Part shown: one piece after another, positions 50,791-61,278 of the stretch
Layout: every line of letters starts with the position of its first letter
Position numbering within the stretch: the stretch's first letter is position 1
The notes under the pieces: generated by a model
The model's input: the letters and a program-made list of their open reading frames with translations, nothing else
Database searches by the model: none
What the model was told of the DNA's origin: nothing
From: Bacillales bacterium UBA4045
GTDB lineage: Bacteria > Bacillota > Bacilli > Paenibacillales > UBA4045
NCBI GenBank assembly: GCA_002383695.1
Contig: DFZX01000087.1
Span: 1-64,000 of the forward strand
Reading direction: 5' to 3'
Length of the DNA stretch: 64,000 nucleotides
Made by a program: the position numbers and the translations under genes

Positions 50791-51396
50791 TTAAGCACCA
50801 TGCTCGTAACGGAATCTCTCTATGATTAATGGCTGCAGCTGCTTGCCTTGAAGAGCCATCTCACAGGTTTCCATAATAAGGTCCATCTTCGCTACAAGTG
50901 AATTCGGTTTTTTCTCAGGCGCGTCTTGGCCGAATGGAACAAAGTAAATATTCTTAGTCACTAACAGCTTTGCGATATTCGCTGCATTCAGTCCTAACCC
51001 ATCGTTCGTAGATATGGCAATAACGATTGGTCTTAGATTTCTCATCTGGGCTTTTGCAGCCATCAGGATCGGACTTTCTGTAAGTGCATTAGCGAGCTTA
51101 CTTGTTGTGTTCCCCGTACATGGTGCTATAACCAATACATCTAATAATTTAGTTGGTCCTAAAGGTTCTGCATCTACAATTGTAGAAATGATATCATTAC
51201 CTGTAATATCTTTCAACTGTTTTCGCCAATCTTCGGCTTTTCCAAACCTTGTATCCGTAGTTAATAATGTACTTGAAATGATTGGTATCACCTTGGTACC
51301 GGCATCAATAAAGCGTTGTATCTGAGGCATTACTTCCTCAAATGTACAATGTGATCCTGATAATGCATACCCTACTGTTATTGTATTCCAATCCAT
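50791..51396 (-). CDS. dpaB: Dipicolinate synthase subunit B (flavoprotein-like)
   Basis: SpoVFB homolog. Confidence 0.85.
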   Translation of the reverse strand: MDWNTITVGYALSGSHCTFEEVMPQIQRFIDAGTKVIPIISSTLLTTDTRFGKAEDWRKQLKDITGNDIISTIVDAEPLGPTKLLDVLVIAPCTGNTTSKLANALTESPILMAAKAQMRNLRPIVIAISTNDGLGLNAANIAKLLVTKNIYFVPFGQDAPEKKPNSLVAKMDLIMETCEMALQGKQLQPLIIERFRYEHGA

Positions 51397-52292
51397 CCAT
51401 CATTCCCTCGCTTCCTCGCCTCTTCCAGAATAAGCTGGCTTAGTGCTCGAGCAATGATCTGTCCAGCCGTCTTGGGAGCGACGATTCCGGGTAAGCCCGG
51501 AGCTAATATCGCTCTGACGCCTCTCTTCTCAGCGAAGCGAAAATCCGTTCCCCCAGGTTTAGAGGCGAGATCGATGATGACTGCTTGCGTTGATATGTGT
51601 GCTATGACCTGTGCTGTGATTATCATAGTCGGAATTGTGTTAAAAATCAAGTCAACATCATCAACCTCGGAAGTAAGATCCTTTGTGTAAAAGGGCTTTA
51701 GACCCATCTCAAATGCTCTAGCAAACTGCTCCGTTTTGTGCACACCCATCGTTACATGTGCACCTAGTGCTTGGAGTATTCTAGCCATTGTTAAGCCTGT
51801 TCTACCCATGCCAAGCACCATACAATTCGAGCTATGAATCGTAAAGTCCGTGTGTTGAATAGCTAGCATAATCGCACCTTCTGCTGTAGGAATGGAGTTG
51901 AAGATAGCAACGTCGTCTCGATCAAAGAGCTCTACTAGCTTTATGTCCTCATTTGAACAAAGCTTTTTGAGATAGGATTGTGCTAACCCCGTATAAACCA
52001 CAGCATGTTTAGGCATTTTCTGTATGTGCTCTCTTGTTAGTAATAATTCATTAGTTGTGAATTTCGAATCAACAATTCCTAATGAATCTGTTCCGACTGC
52101 CGGCAATATGATCGCATCCACATCTATGAATGCATCAGGCTCAAAATCATGCTTACTAACACCGCTAAACTGTTGTTGCAACTCATCGAAGCCGTATAAT
52201 TTGACCACTGCATCCAATTCAGACAAGATCCGCATGACTTCAATTTGTCGTGCATCACCACCAATCATAGCTACATGTGTGCCGGTCAACAT
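51378..52292 (-). CDS. dpaA: Dipicolinate synthase subunit A
   Basis: SpoVFA homolog. Start at MLTG..IGGDARQ by analogy to B. subtilis. Overlaps dpaB. Confidence 0.85.
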   Translation of the reverse strand: MLTGTHVAMIGGDARQIEVMRILSELDAVVKLYGFDELQQQFSGVSKHDFEPDAFIDVDAIILPAVGTDSLGIVDSKFTTNELLLTREHIQKMPKHAVVYTGLAQSYLKKLCSNEDIKLVELFDRDDVAIFNSIPTAEGAIMLAIQHTDFTIHSSNCMVLGMGRTGLTMARILQALGAHVTMGVHKTEQFARAFEMGLKPFYTKDLTSEVDDVDLIFNTIPTMIITAQVIAHISTQAVIIDLASKPGGTDFRFAEKRGVRAILAPGLPGIVAPKTAGQIIARALSQLILEEARKRGNDGWIGIQ

Positions 52293-52363
52293 ATCGATAC
52301 CCCCACATTGCAAACTTGATTTCTTCTGTATAGCTTATGCGTGCGCCCATGTATCGGTTCACA

Positions 52364-52405
52364 GAAAAAAACCATACCCCTTTTTACTGGAAAGGTATGG
52401 TTTTA
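52364..52405. terminator. Bidirectional terminator between dut and the spoVF operon
   Basis: A8-ccatacc...ggtatgg-T4. Confidence 0.55.
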
Positions 52406-52439
52406 TATCGAACAGAATATTCGATAAATTTGAAACCCG

Positions 52440-52886
52440 CTAAGATTGCCCAGTGTGACCGAAACCGCCCGCCCCACGAGCTGTGTCAGATAATTCATCT
52501 ACTTGTACAAGGCGAATAACTGGTACCTGCTGAAATACCAGCTGAGCTATTCTTTCATTACGATTAATGACAAAGGGCTCTTGGCCTAGATTGATAAGTA
52601 GCACTTTAACCTCACCACGGTAATCTGCGTCAATCGTACCCGGTGTATTCAGACATGTAATACCATACTTATAAGCAAGTCCGCTTCTCGGTCGAATTTG
52701 CGCCTCAAGCTCTTGCGGCATACTTATAGCAAATCCAGTTGGAATCAGCCTTCGTTCTCCTGGATTCAGAATGACGCTCTCCGAAGTAGCAGCATATAAA
52801 TCAAATCCACTTGCCCATTCCGACATCTTCTGTGGTAAAGAGATATCTTCATTCCCCGCTAATCTTTGTATTTGAACATTAAACAA
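52440..52886 (-). CDS. dut: dUTP diphosphatase
   Basis: dUTPase motifs 'SGFDL', 'RSGLA', 'GTIDADYRGE', 'RGAGGFGHTG'. Start is TTG after AGGAGGGA, lying 8 nt inside the 3' end of mlpA. Confidence 0.85.
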   Translation of the reverse strand: MFNVQIQRLAGNEDISLPQKMSEWASGFDLYAATSESVILNPGERRLIPTGFAISMPQELEAQIRPRSGLAYKYGITCLNTPGTIDADYRGEVKVLLINLGQEPFVINRNERIAQLVFQQVPVIRLVQVDELSDTARGAGGFGHTGQS

Positions 52887-54129
52887 GCTGATCCCTCCTG
52901 AAGCTTGCAATTGTCTTATCGCTAGAACCAACCATGGACATCGCGAATGGTTGAGCAAATAAATAATTGATCACCTGCTGTACTTGAATAAGACTGACCT
53001 GCTCGATACTAGCTATAAGTTCATCTAAAGTATGATGCTTAGCTGTCATCAATTCATTCTTGCCTATTCGATTCATGCGACTACTCGTACTTTCTAAGCT
53101 CAGGATTAAGCTCCCCTTTAATTGCTCCTTGCCTCTTCGTAGCTCATCCTCTGTCATACCCTGACTCTTCACCTCGTTAAGCACATCCATAGTTACTTGG
53201 AGCACTTCTTCGGTCTGAGCTGGCGCAGTACCTGCATATATCGTGAATAACCCACTATCCAAATAAGATGAATGATAAGAAAAAACCGAATATGCAAGTC
53301 CTCTCTTCTCTCGTATTTCCTGAAACAATCTGGAGCTCATCCCACCACCGATGATATTGTTCAATAACACCATCGCATATTTATGCTCATGTGCGATTTG
53401 ATAGCCTGGCAACGACAAGCAGATGTGATTCTGCTCAGCCTTTTTCTTATGATAAATAAATCCATCCTTGAAGCTTGGTTTCGATACCGCTATTTTCTCA
53501 CCATGATTATCAAAACCATCAAAATGCTTTCGAATTAAATCCAATACCTGCTCATTAATATTACCTGCTAAGCTAATAACCGTGTTCTCAACTGTATAGT
53601 GACTTCCCATATATTGTCTTAAGCTGTTAGGATCCATCGCTTTCAAGCGTTTTTCTAATCCAAGAATGGAATAGCCAAGTGGATGGTCTTCATAAGCAGC
53701 CTTAGCTACTAAATCGTGAACTAAATCATCGGGGGTATCTTCATACATAGATATTTCCTCGAGGATAACGTTCCTCTCCTTACTCATATCCGCAGGGTCC
53801 AACATCGAACGGAAGAACATGTCCGCTAGCACCTCTACAGCTTGTGGTAAATGATCATCTAATACCTTAGCATAATAACAAGTATATTCTTTAGATGTAA
53901 AGGCATTTACATTCCCGCCAATACCGTCGAAGATATCTGCAATCTCCCTTGCTGAATAACGATCTGTGCCTTTGAATAGCATATGCTCAATAAAGTGTGA
54001 GATCCCATTGTTATCAGGAGTCTCATTACGCGAACCCGTCTTAACCCATATACCGAATGCTACAGATCGACATGTCGGGATTTCTTCCATAACGACACGC
54101 AAGCCGTTATCCAGTATGATTTTCTTCAT
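52879..54129 (-). CDS. mlpA: M16-family zinc protease (MlpA/YmxG)
   Basis: 'HFIEHMLFKG' inverzincin motif. Confidence 0.85.
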   Translation of the reverse strand: MKKIILDNGLRVVMEEIPTCRSVAFGIWVKTGSRNETPDNNGISHFIEHMLFKGTDRYSAREIADIFDGIGGNVNAFTSKEYTCYYAKVLDDHLPQAVEVLADMFFRSMLDPADMSKERNVILEEISMYEDTPDDLVHDLVAKAAYEDHPLGYSILGLEKRLKAMDPNSLRQYMGSHYTVENTVISLAGNINEQVLDLIRKHFDGFDNHGEKIAVSKPSFKDGFIYHKKKAEQNHICLSLPGYQIAHEHKYAMVLLNNIIGGGMSSRLFQEIREKRGLAYSVFSYHSSYLDSGLFTIYAGTAPAQTEEVLQVTMDVLNEVKSQGMTEDELRRGKEQLKGSLILSLESTSSRMNRIGKNELMTAKHHTLDELIASIEQVSLIQVQQVINYLFAQPFAMSMVGSSDKTIASFRRDQLV

Positions 54130-54170
54130 GAATAGCCTCCAGTTAATAATTATATACTCACCCTATACTA

Positions 54171-55190
54171 TCAAAAAAGGATAGCACTCTCAACTGCTGT
54201 TACTCGTTTACTCGATAGAAGGTCGCTTATGGTACCGACTGCAAGATTGCGCGATTTGGCATGATGTATCATACCTTGAAGTGCTTTTGATGAAGATAAA
54301 GTGGGATGCATCAATATGATTGCACCTGGTTCAAGTCTAGCTTCTATCTTCCGTAAAATCCAATCAGGCTCGGGCTTTTTCCAATCTACTGTATCAATCG
54401 TCCACAATACTGTCTTTAGTCCTATATGCTTAGCAACACGAATCGTTTGTTGATCAAAGTCACCAGAAGGTGGTGCAAACCATTGATTACCTCTAATACC
54501 CATTTCATTTAATAGTTGCTCTGTTGCTTGTATCTCCTTCTTAATCTCACTTTCATTTAACGTACTCATATTCCGATGGGTATACGCATGATTGGAGAGC
54601 TCATGACCTTCATCAACAATCGTACGCGCTATCTCTTTATTCTTCTTTAGCCAAGAACCATCTAAGAAGAATGTGGCTTTTACATTCTCATCGCGCAATG
54701 TTGCAAGAATACCAGGAATGTATTCATTTCCCCAAGCGACATTGATCATAAATGCGATCATGGGCTTATGTGGGTTCCCTTTATAAATAACGTTTGGTGG
54801 CAGATCCTCAAGCTGAATTGACGGTTCAATTTCTCTAAAGACATAAGGGATATGATCACTTAAGGGTTGGTCCATCGCTAATTTTAGCGTTCTCTCCATA
54901 TCTACTTCCATTCCATTATATCCTGGTATGGCTTTCCATACCGGATCAATTACCGCGTTAATCGGTTCCACACGAAGCTTCTGTGCTTCCTTCAGGATAC
55001 GATCACTCCACTGGTTACGTTCTGCAGTATCTAATCGTAAGAATGTATCCCCGCTCACCATACGATTATCGTTACGTGGGTCCATCTTTATATAGGTGAA
55101 ATAAGAATCCATTGAAGATGATTGATGTATTCCCCACAGTACGATTAAAAACATAAATATAACAAAAACCCATTTTTTAACATACATCAT
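54171..55190 (-). CDS. ylxY: Polysaccharide deacetylase family sporulation protein (YlxY-like)
   Basis: NodB-homology domain 'FLDGSW...HELSNHAYTH'. N-terminal TM. Confidence 0.8.
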   Translation of the reverse strand: MMYVKKWVFVIFMFLIVLWGIHQSSSMDSYFTYIKMDPRNDNRMVSGDTFLRLDTAERNQWSDRILKEAQKLRVEPINAVIDPVWKAIPGYNGMEVDMERTLKLAMDQPLSDHIPYVFREIEPSIQLEDLPPNVIYKGNPHKPMIAFMINVAWGNEYIPGILATLRDENVKATFFLDGSWLKKNKEIARTIVDEGHELSNHAYTHRNMSTLNESEIKKEIQATEQLLNEMGIRGNQWFAPPSGDFDQQTIRVAKHIGLKTVLWTIDTVDWKKPEPDWILRKIEARLEPGAIILMHPTLSSSKALQGMIHHAKSRNLAVGTISDLLSSKRVTAVESAILF

Positions 55191-55280
55191 TAATATTCAC
55201 CCCAAACCACTTTGTCCACCATAATTATGTAAAAAGCTGAAGAGTTAGAACTGGGGATGATCTTTTTGATGAAAACAGAC

Positions 55281-55307
55281 AAAAAAAAGAGACATTTATT
55301 GTCTCTC
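55281..55307 (-). terminator. pnp terminator
   Basis: agagaca/tgtctct with a T8 run on the minus-strand transcript. Confidence 0.6.
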
Positions 55308-55322
55308 TTCTATTTAGGTGAT

Positions 55323-57422
55323 CTAAGATTGAACTGGAGTTTGGGGTGCCATAGTTGCCTTACGTGAAAGATTAACTCGTCCTTGATTATCGACTTCGGT
55401 TACTTTAACAGTAATCTTATCACCAATCTTCACGACGTCCTCTACATTCGCAACACGGTCGTTCGACAATTGCGAGATATGTACCAGACCATCCTTACCT
55501 GGTAGAATTTCGACGAATGCACCAAACTTCTCAATGCGCTTCACCGTGCCTAAGTAAGTTTCACCAACAACAACTTCCTTAACAATATTCTCGATCCATG
55601 CTCGCGCTTTATTAATCATCTCTTCATTCGAAGAGGCGATGAATACACGACCATCTTGTTCGATATCAATTTTCACGCCGGTATCTTCGATAATTTTGTT
55701 AATGATCTTACCACCGGGTCCAATGACATCGCGGATCTTATCAGGACTAATGTTCATAACCACGATCTTCGGAGCATATGGAGAAAGACTCTTCCTAGGC
55801 TCGCTAATCGCCTCAGCTAACTTACCGAGTATGAACAATCTCCCCTTCTTCGCTTGATCCAAAGCTTGATCTAGAATTGAACGGTTAATCCCATCTATCT
55901 TAATGTCCATCTGAATGGCAGTGATTCCGGCTGCAGTTCCAGCAACCTTAAAATCCATATCACCTAGATGATCCTCAAGACCTTGGATATCCGTAAGGAT
56001 TGAGAAATAATCGCCATCCTTAATAAGTCCCATTGCAACACCTGCTACAGGCGCTTTAATTGGAACACCTGCATCCATCATAGCTAATGTACTAGCACAG
56101 ATGCTTGCCTGTGAGCTTGAACCGTTCGATTCTAACACCTCTGACACAAGTCTGATGGTATAAGGAAAATCAGTCTCGCTAGGCATAACCTTCGACAATG
56201 CTCGCTCTCCTAGAGCACCATGACCAATTTCACGTCGACCCGGTGGACGCAACGGTCTAGCTTCCCCTACGCTGAATGGAGGGAAGTTATAATGATGCAT
56301 GAACCGTTTGGATTCCTCCAAGCCAATACCGTCAAGAATCTGCACATCACCTAGTGGTCCTAGTGTACATATGCTTAAGGCTTGAGTTTGACCACGTGTG
56401 AACAAACCGGAACCATGTGTTCTTGGCAGAATAGCGGTATCACATTCAATTGGTCGGATTTCTTCAAGTGCACGACCGTCAGGACGAATCTTATCGTGGG
56501 TAATAAGTCTTCTTACTTCGTCCTTCACAATATCATGAAGAACTTCCTTTACATCTTTGTTCAACTGTGGAGTCTCTGCATAAGCTTCGATAAAGTGTGC
56601 AATTGCCTCATTGTCAATCGCATCGAGAGCATCCTGGCGTTCATGCTTTTCTTTAATACTGAGAGCTGCAACAATTCTTGCCTCTGCAAACAGACGTACA
56701 TCTGAGATAACTTGATTGTTAGGTGTCTTTAATTTAATCTCCATCTTCTCTTTGCCGGCAATTTGTACAAGCTTGTCCTGAAGGTCAACAAGCTTCTTAA
56801 TTTCTTCATGTCCAAACATAATAGCTTCGAGCATATCAGCTTCAGACACTTCATCGCCTTCTGCCTCAAACATCATGATTGCATCCCTTGTTCCAGCAAC
56901 TACGCAGAATAAATCGCTTTTATCTTCTTGCTCAGTCGTTGGATTAATGATGAACTGCCCGTCCACTCGACCAACAATAACTCCACCCACCGGTCCACTA
57001 AATGGAACATCTGATATGCTAAGCGCTGCTGATGTACCAATCATCGCTGCCATTTGAGGTGAACAATCTTGATCTACACTAAGTACAAGATTAACGATCT
57101 GAACATCGTTTCGGAAGCCTTCAGGAAACAAAGGACGGATCGGGCGATCAGTTAGGCGACTAGCTAATATAGCTTTCTCACTTGGTCGACCCTCACGTTT
57201 AATGAAACCACCTGGAATCTTACCTACAGCATACAGCTTTTCTTCATAATTTACGGTTAGAGGGAAGAAATCTAGATCCTTCGGTTCCTTTGAGCATGTA
57301 ACTGTACATAAAACGACAGTATCTCCATAATGAACTGTTACCGATGCATTCGCTTGCTTGGCCAATCTACCCGTTTCTAGAACAAGTTTACGACCACTAA
57401 ATTCCATTTCAACTCTTTGCAA
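55323..57422 (-). CDS. pnp: Polyribonucleotide nucleotidyltransferase (PNPase)
   Basis: Two RNase PH domains, KH and S1. Start is TTG after GGAGGGTG and a 6-nt spacer. Confidence 0.95.
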   Translation of the reverse strand: MQRVEMEFSGRKLVLETGRLAKQANASVTVHYGDTVVLCTVTCSKEPKDLDFFPLTVNYEEKLYAVGKIPGGFIKREGRPSEKAILASRLTDRPIRPLFPEGFRNDVQIVNLVLSVDQDCSPQMAAMIGTSAALSISDVPFSGPVGGVIVGRVDGQFIINPTTEQEDKSDLFCVVAGTRDAIMMFEAEGDEVSEADMLEAIMFGHEEIKKLVDLQDKLVQIAGKEKMEIKLKTPNNQVISDVRLFAEARIVAALSIKEKHERQDALDAIDNEAIAHFIEAYAETPQLNKDVKEVLHDIVKDEVRRLITHDKIRPDGRALEEIRPIECDTAILPRTHGSGLFTRGQTQALSICTLGPLGDVQILDGIGLEESKRFMHHYNFPPFSVGEARPLRPPGRREIGHGALGERALSKVMPSETDFPYTIRLVSEVLESNGSSSQASICASTLAMMDAGVPIKAPVAGVAMGLIKDGDYFSILTDIQGLEDHLGDMDFKVAGTAAGITAIQMDIKIDGINRSILDQALDQAKKGRLFILGKLAEAISEPRKSLSPYAPKIVVMNISPDKIRDVIGPGGKIINKIIEDTGVKIDIEQDGRVFIASSNEEMINKARAWIENIVKEVVVGETYLGTVKRIEKFGAFVEILPGKDGLVHISQLSNDRVANVEDVVKIGDKITVKVTEVDNQGRVNLSRKATMAPQTPVQS

Positions 57423-57493
57423 AATTTACACCCTCCATCAATATTCCTCTTTTTCACATAACATACCATATATCATATCTTATAGAAAGGAAA

Positions 57494-57560
57494 AAGCAAC
57501 CTTGCGATCCTCCTAGCGGCAATTTGTAAGCCGGTAATGAAGGAACAATAAGGTTGCTTC
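57494..57560 (-). terminator. rpsO terminator / pnp leader stem-loop
   Basis: agcaacctt ... aaggttgct stem enclosing a structured loop, followed by a T5 run on the minus-strand transcript. Confidence 0.4.
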
Positions 57561-57571
57561 CTGTACAACAA

Positions 57572-57841
57572 TTATCTACGAAGACCTAATTTTTCGATCA
57601 ATGTACTGTAACGTCTAACATCTGTATTCTTCAAATATGCTAGTAGTTTACGACGTTGACCGACCATTTTTAACAAACCGCGACGGGAGTGATGATCTTT
57701 CTTATGCTCCCGAAAATGTGAAGTTAAATTTTGAATGTTCTCCGTTAATATTGCAACTTGTACTTCAGGAGATCCTGTATCGGATTCATGCGTTTTGTGC
57801 GTTTGAATCAATTCATTCTTACGCTCTTGTGTTAATGCCAT
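57572..57841 (-). CDS. rpsO: 30S ribosomal protein S15
   Basis: 89 aa. '[17 protein letters not shown]...[12 protein letters not shown]'. Confidence 0.95.
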   Translation of the reverse strand: MALTQERKNELIQTHKTHESDTGSPEVQVAILTENIQNLTSHFREHKKDHHSRRGLLKMVGQRRKLLAYLKNTDVRRYSTLIEKLGLRR

Positions 57842-58007
57842 CGATGGTCACCTCCTGTTATCAGTATCCCCTATAGCCCAGAAACCGTCGGTGAGAACGG
57901 GAAACCACGCTATGGTTGAAATCGGTTAGTTTTTCAAGACCTTCCGACAACGGTTATAAGTATAGCACATAAAAAATTAAGGAACAACAGCAAGTTTCCG
58001 TTCAAAC

Positions 58008-58958
58008 CTATGGAGTAGAAAGAAGGATTTTCTCTGCTGTGATCAGATCTGATTGAATCTGCTCTACGAGCAAATTTACAGATGTAAACTTTTGTTCAGC
58101 CCTCATATATTCAATCCATTGAATCTCGATGCATTCACCATAGATCGATTTATTAAAATTAAGAATATGTACTTCCAGCGTTGGTTTTGCAGGATGATCA
58201 TCAAAGGTTGGCTTCAGACCCACATTCATAACGCCATGATGTAAAACCCCACCTACGAGAACTCTGACTGCATATACACCATTACAAGGAATAACATAAT
58301 TAGCTCTAGGTTCCACGTTTGCTGTTGGTATACCGATCGTTCGTCCACGTCCAAAGCCTTGTACGACTTGTCCTGTCATCGAATAGGGTCTACCTAATAA
58401 CTGAGTCGCTTTACTTAACTCTCCAGCATGAAGCTTTTCGCGAATCACCGTACTACTAACCTTATAATTATCCTTATGAAACGGTCTAATCACATTCACC
58501 TTCATCCGATCTGCACCAATATCCCTTAACATATCAACGTTACCTCTTCCGAGATGTCCAAAGGTGAAATTAAATCCTACTATGACAGTGTCCACTTGAA
58601 GTGCGAATAACACCTCATGGATGAACTGCTCGGGAGTAAGCTCAGAAAGTGTCTTATTGAATGTCAGTATATACGTACGCTCCAGACCACTTGCTGCAAA
58701 TCGTTCAAGCTTTTCTGAGAGTGGAGTAATATATTGAATATTCTTATGCTGTTGCTTCGCATTACCCAAAACCTCTCTTGGATGTGGATCAAATGTCATA
58801 ATAGATGATGTGATTTGCTCACAATTCGCAACAGCAATCGCTTTTCGAATAACTTCCTGATGGCCCAAATGAACACCATCGAAAAAGCCAATCGCCATAG
58901 CTTGGCGAACGGATTGAAGATCATCTGTAAAAGGATAGGTTAATCGAATAATATCCAA
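58008..58958 (-). CDS. ribF: Bifunctional riboflavin kinase / FMN adenylyltransferase
   Basis: 'GFFDGVHLGH' nucleotidyltransferase motif and a C-terminal riboflavin kinase domain. Confidence 0.9.
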   Translation of the reverse strand: MDIIRLTYPFTDDLQSVRQAMAIGFFDGVHLGHQEVIRKAIAVANCEQITSSIMTFDPHPREVLGNAKQQHKNIQYITPLSEKLERFAASGLERTYILTFNKTLSELTPEQFIHEVLFALQVDTVIVGFNFTFGHLGRGNVDMLRDIGADRMKVNVIRPFHKDNYKVSSTVIREKLHAGELSKATQLLGRPYSMTGQVVQGFGRGRTIGIPTANVEPRANYVIPCNGVYAVRVLVGGVLHHGVMNVGLKPTFDDHPAKPTLEVHILNFNKSIYGECIEIQWIEYMRAEQKFTSVNLLVEQIQSDLITAEKILLSTP

Positions 58959-58974
58959 GCTTACACCTCGTTCA

Positions 58975-59853
58975 TTAAACGTCTAAAGATGGTTCTGAAG
59001 GGAGAAAAACTTTAACTGGTGTTAATACAGCTGATGAAGTGTTCAATGAGAAAATGCCATGAAAGGTAGACGATTCGCTATAAAGACGAACAACTTGATC
59101 TGAATCACCCTGCTTAAGACCCTCAATGTTTATATTCGGTATTGTGATTAATTGACCATATAATGCACGGTTGATAAGTGATTGCTCCAATACGATTGCG
59201 GGAATATGAGCAATAACTTCGTCAATAGGCAAGAATATTCGCTGAATGGTTCCTTGCACCATATGCTGCTCTATCTCTTCAAGGGTGAAGCATTTATCTA
59301 GTGTAATGCCTCCTGTTGCGGTTCTCACAAGCCCAGACATAACTGCTGGTAGTCCCAGCCTCCGTCCAATATCTACACATAACGTTCGGATATAGGTTCC
59401 CTTGGAGCAGGAAACACGGATATGAATGTTTGGGAATAAAAGGGAATGATCATATTTAAGCAGCTCAATACGATGAATAGTAACTTCTCGTGACTTACGT
59501 TCAATTTCTATTCCTTCTCGAGCAAGCTCATATAGCTTTCTTCCATTATGCTTCAATGCGGAATACATCGGTGGTATCTGCTGAATTACGCCTGTAAACT
59601 GCTGTAGGGCAAGCTCTACCTGCTCCTTTGTTATATCAATCTTATGCTCTATTGTTTCGGTTACGTTCCCTGTAAAGTCCTCCGTATCCGTCGAATATCC
59701 AATTGTTAATATGGCTTCATATTCCTTGGGTAAATCTTGAATATATTCAACTAAACGAGTAGCACGACCTACACATAAAGGAAGTACTCCTGTTACTGCT
59801 GGGTCTAATGTGCCCGTGTGACCTATTCGTTTAATACCCAATATCCTACGCAT
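58975..59853 (-). CDS. truB: tRNA pseudouridine(55) synthase TruB. Boundaries run to the first ATG; the true start is probably upstream, near 59919 (see findings).
   Basis: 'GHTGTLDP' catalytic Asp motif, PUA-like C-terminus. Confidence 0.85.
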   Translation of the reverse strand: MRRILGIKRIGHTGTLDPAVTGVLPLCVGRATRLVEYIQDLPKEYEAILTIGYSTDTEDFTGNVTETIEHKIDITKEQVELALQQFTGVIQQIPPMYSALKHNGRKLYELAREGIEIERKSREVTIHRIELLKYDHSLLFPNIHIRVSCSKGTYIRTLCVDIGRRLGLPAVMSGLVRTATGGITLDKCFTLEEIEQHMVQGTIQRIFLPIDEVIAHIPAIVLEQSLINRALYGQLITIPNINIEGLKQGDSDQVVRLYSESSTFHGIFSLNTSSAVLTPVKVFLPSEPSLDV

Positions 59854-59923
59854 CCTAGCAACAACATCATGAGATGTCCATCCTGCTGGTTTATGAATTG
59901 GAATAATACCTTCTATGATGAGA

Positions 59924-60919
59924 TCACACCATCTCTTGTTTTATTTCGTTTATAATGAATGGCACAGCTTCGTCCATCGTCATATTAAGCGTGCAGCCTG
60001 AAGCTCTTGTATGTCCGCCTCCACCTAAACGTTGGGCGATGGCTGCAACATCAATCTTGCCTGCTGATCGGAAGCCGACCTTTACTTCGTTTACTGTTAT
60101 TTCCTTGAATAACAAACCTACTTCAACTCCCTCAATATTACGAGGGTAATTAACAAGCCCTTCGAGATCCTCGTTATTGGCTTGTGAGAAATTTATATCT
60201 TCCTGTGTCACAAGCATCCAGCCAATTCGATTGTCCTCGGCAAAGGATAAACTTGCTAAAGCACGCTTAAGGATAATAATATGTGAAAAAGCAATTCTCT
60301 CAAGTAAGTGCTCTGCTAGCTGATGACCCTCCACACCAAATTCGAGCATCATAGAAGCAATTTTCATAACTTCTGGAGAGGTGTTCGAATAACGAAATCC
60401 ACCAGTATCCGTTAATAGCCCCGTGTAAATGCAATCTGCTAATTGCTTCGTCCACGTCAGTTCTAGTGCTTCAATCAAGTAATAGAGTATTTCAGCAGTC
60501 GCAGCAGCCTCAGCTTGAATTAATGGTATAGTTCCATATTGATCATTCGTAGGGTGATGATCGATATTAAGGATAGTTGGCTTGTCCACAAACCAATTCT
60601 CCACAATACCAACCCTAGAAAAATCAGCACAGTCGACCGCAATAATGTTCTGATACTTCCGTGGAATGGAGTCCATGGCTTCTGCATGAAGTATGTTCTC
60701 GTATCCCGACAAATAGTCAAATTTAATTGGGATTTTGTTTTCATTGATCATGATAAACGATTTATTCAATTTCTGAAGAATGAGACCTATTGCAATGGTT
60801 GAACTGGCAGCGTCTCCGTCAGGTTGGACATGAGACACTACCAGAAAGTCATCTTCTTCTAATATAAACCGTTTTGCTTTCTCCAATTGAAACGAAGAAT
60901 GATCCGAAAGATCCATCAT
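59924..60919 (-). CDS. nrnA: DHH/DHHA1-family phosphoesterase (NrnA-like oligoribonuclease / pAp phosphatase)
   Basis: 'VVSHVQPDGDAASS', 'DHH' and 'GGGH' motifs. Confidence 0.8.
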   Translation of the reverse strand: MMDLSDHSSFQLEKAKRFILEEDDFLVVSHVQPDGDAASSTIAIGLILQKLNKSFIMINENKIPIKFDYLSGYENILHAEAMDSIPRKYQNIIAVDCADFSRVGIVENWFVDKPTILNIDHHPTNDQYGTIPLIQAEAAATAEILYYLIEALELTWTKQLADCIYTGLLTDTGGFRYSNTSPEVMKIASMMLEFGVEGHQLAEHLLERIAFSHIIILKRALASLSFAEDNRIGWMLVTQEDINFSQANNEDLEGLVNYPRNIEGVEVGLLFKEITVNEVKVGFRSAGKIDVAAIAQRLGGGGHTRASGCTLNMTMDEAVPFIINEIKQEMV

Positions 60920-61272
60920 GAATTGATTTCCCCATTGTTAATTTTTTGTAAAATCTCTTCGATCTTACTTCCATATTCGACAGATGAATCAAATTTGAAA
61001 ATCAATTCTGGAGTCTGACGCAAGCGAATTCTCCTCCCAAGTTCTCCCCGTAAAAAACCAGAGCCTTTACCTAAGGCCTTGAGAGTTGCTTCCTTCTGGT
61101 CCTCTGTACCGAGTACACTTAGGTAAACCTTTGCTTGTGATAAGTCGTTTGTTACTTCTACACCCGTCACGGTTACAAAACCGAGACGAGGGTCTTTAAA
61201 TTCAGATAAGAAGATCATACTCAATTCCTTCTTAATCTGTTCTCCTACTCGTCCTACTCGAATTCTGGCCAT
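60916..61272 (-). CDS. rbfA: Ribosome-binding factor A
   Basis: 118 aa. 'RVGRVGEQIKKELS' and the KH-like RbfA fold. Overlaps nrnA by 4 nt. Confidence 0.9.
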   Translation of the reverse strand: MARIRVGRVGEQIKKELSMIFLSEFKDPRLGFVTVTGVEVTNDLSQAKVYLSVLGTEDQKEATLKALGKGSGFLRGELGRRIRLRQTPELIFKFDSSVEYGSKIEEILQKINNGEINS

Positions 61273-61278
61273 TGTTGA

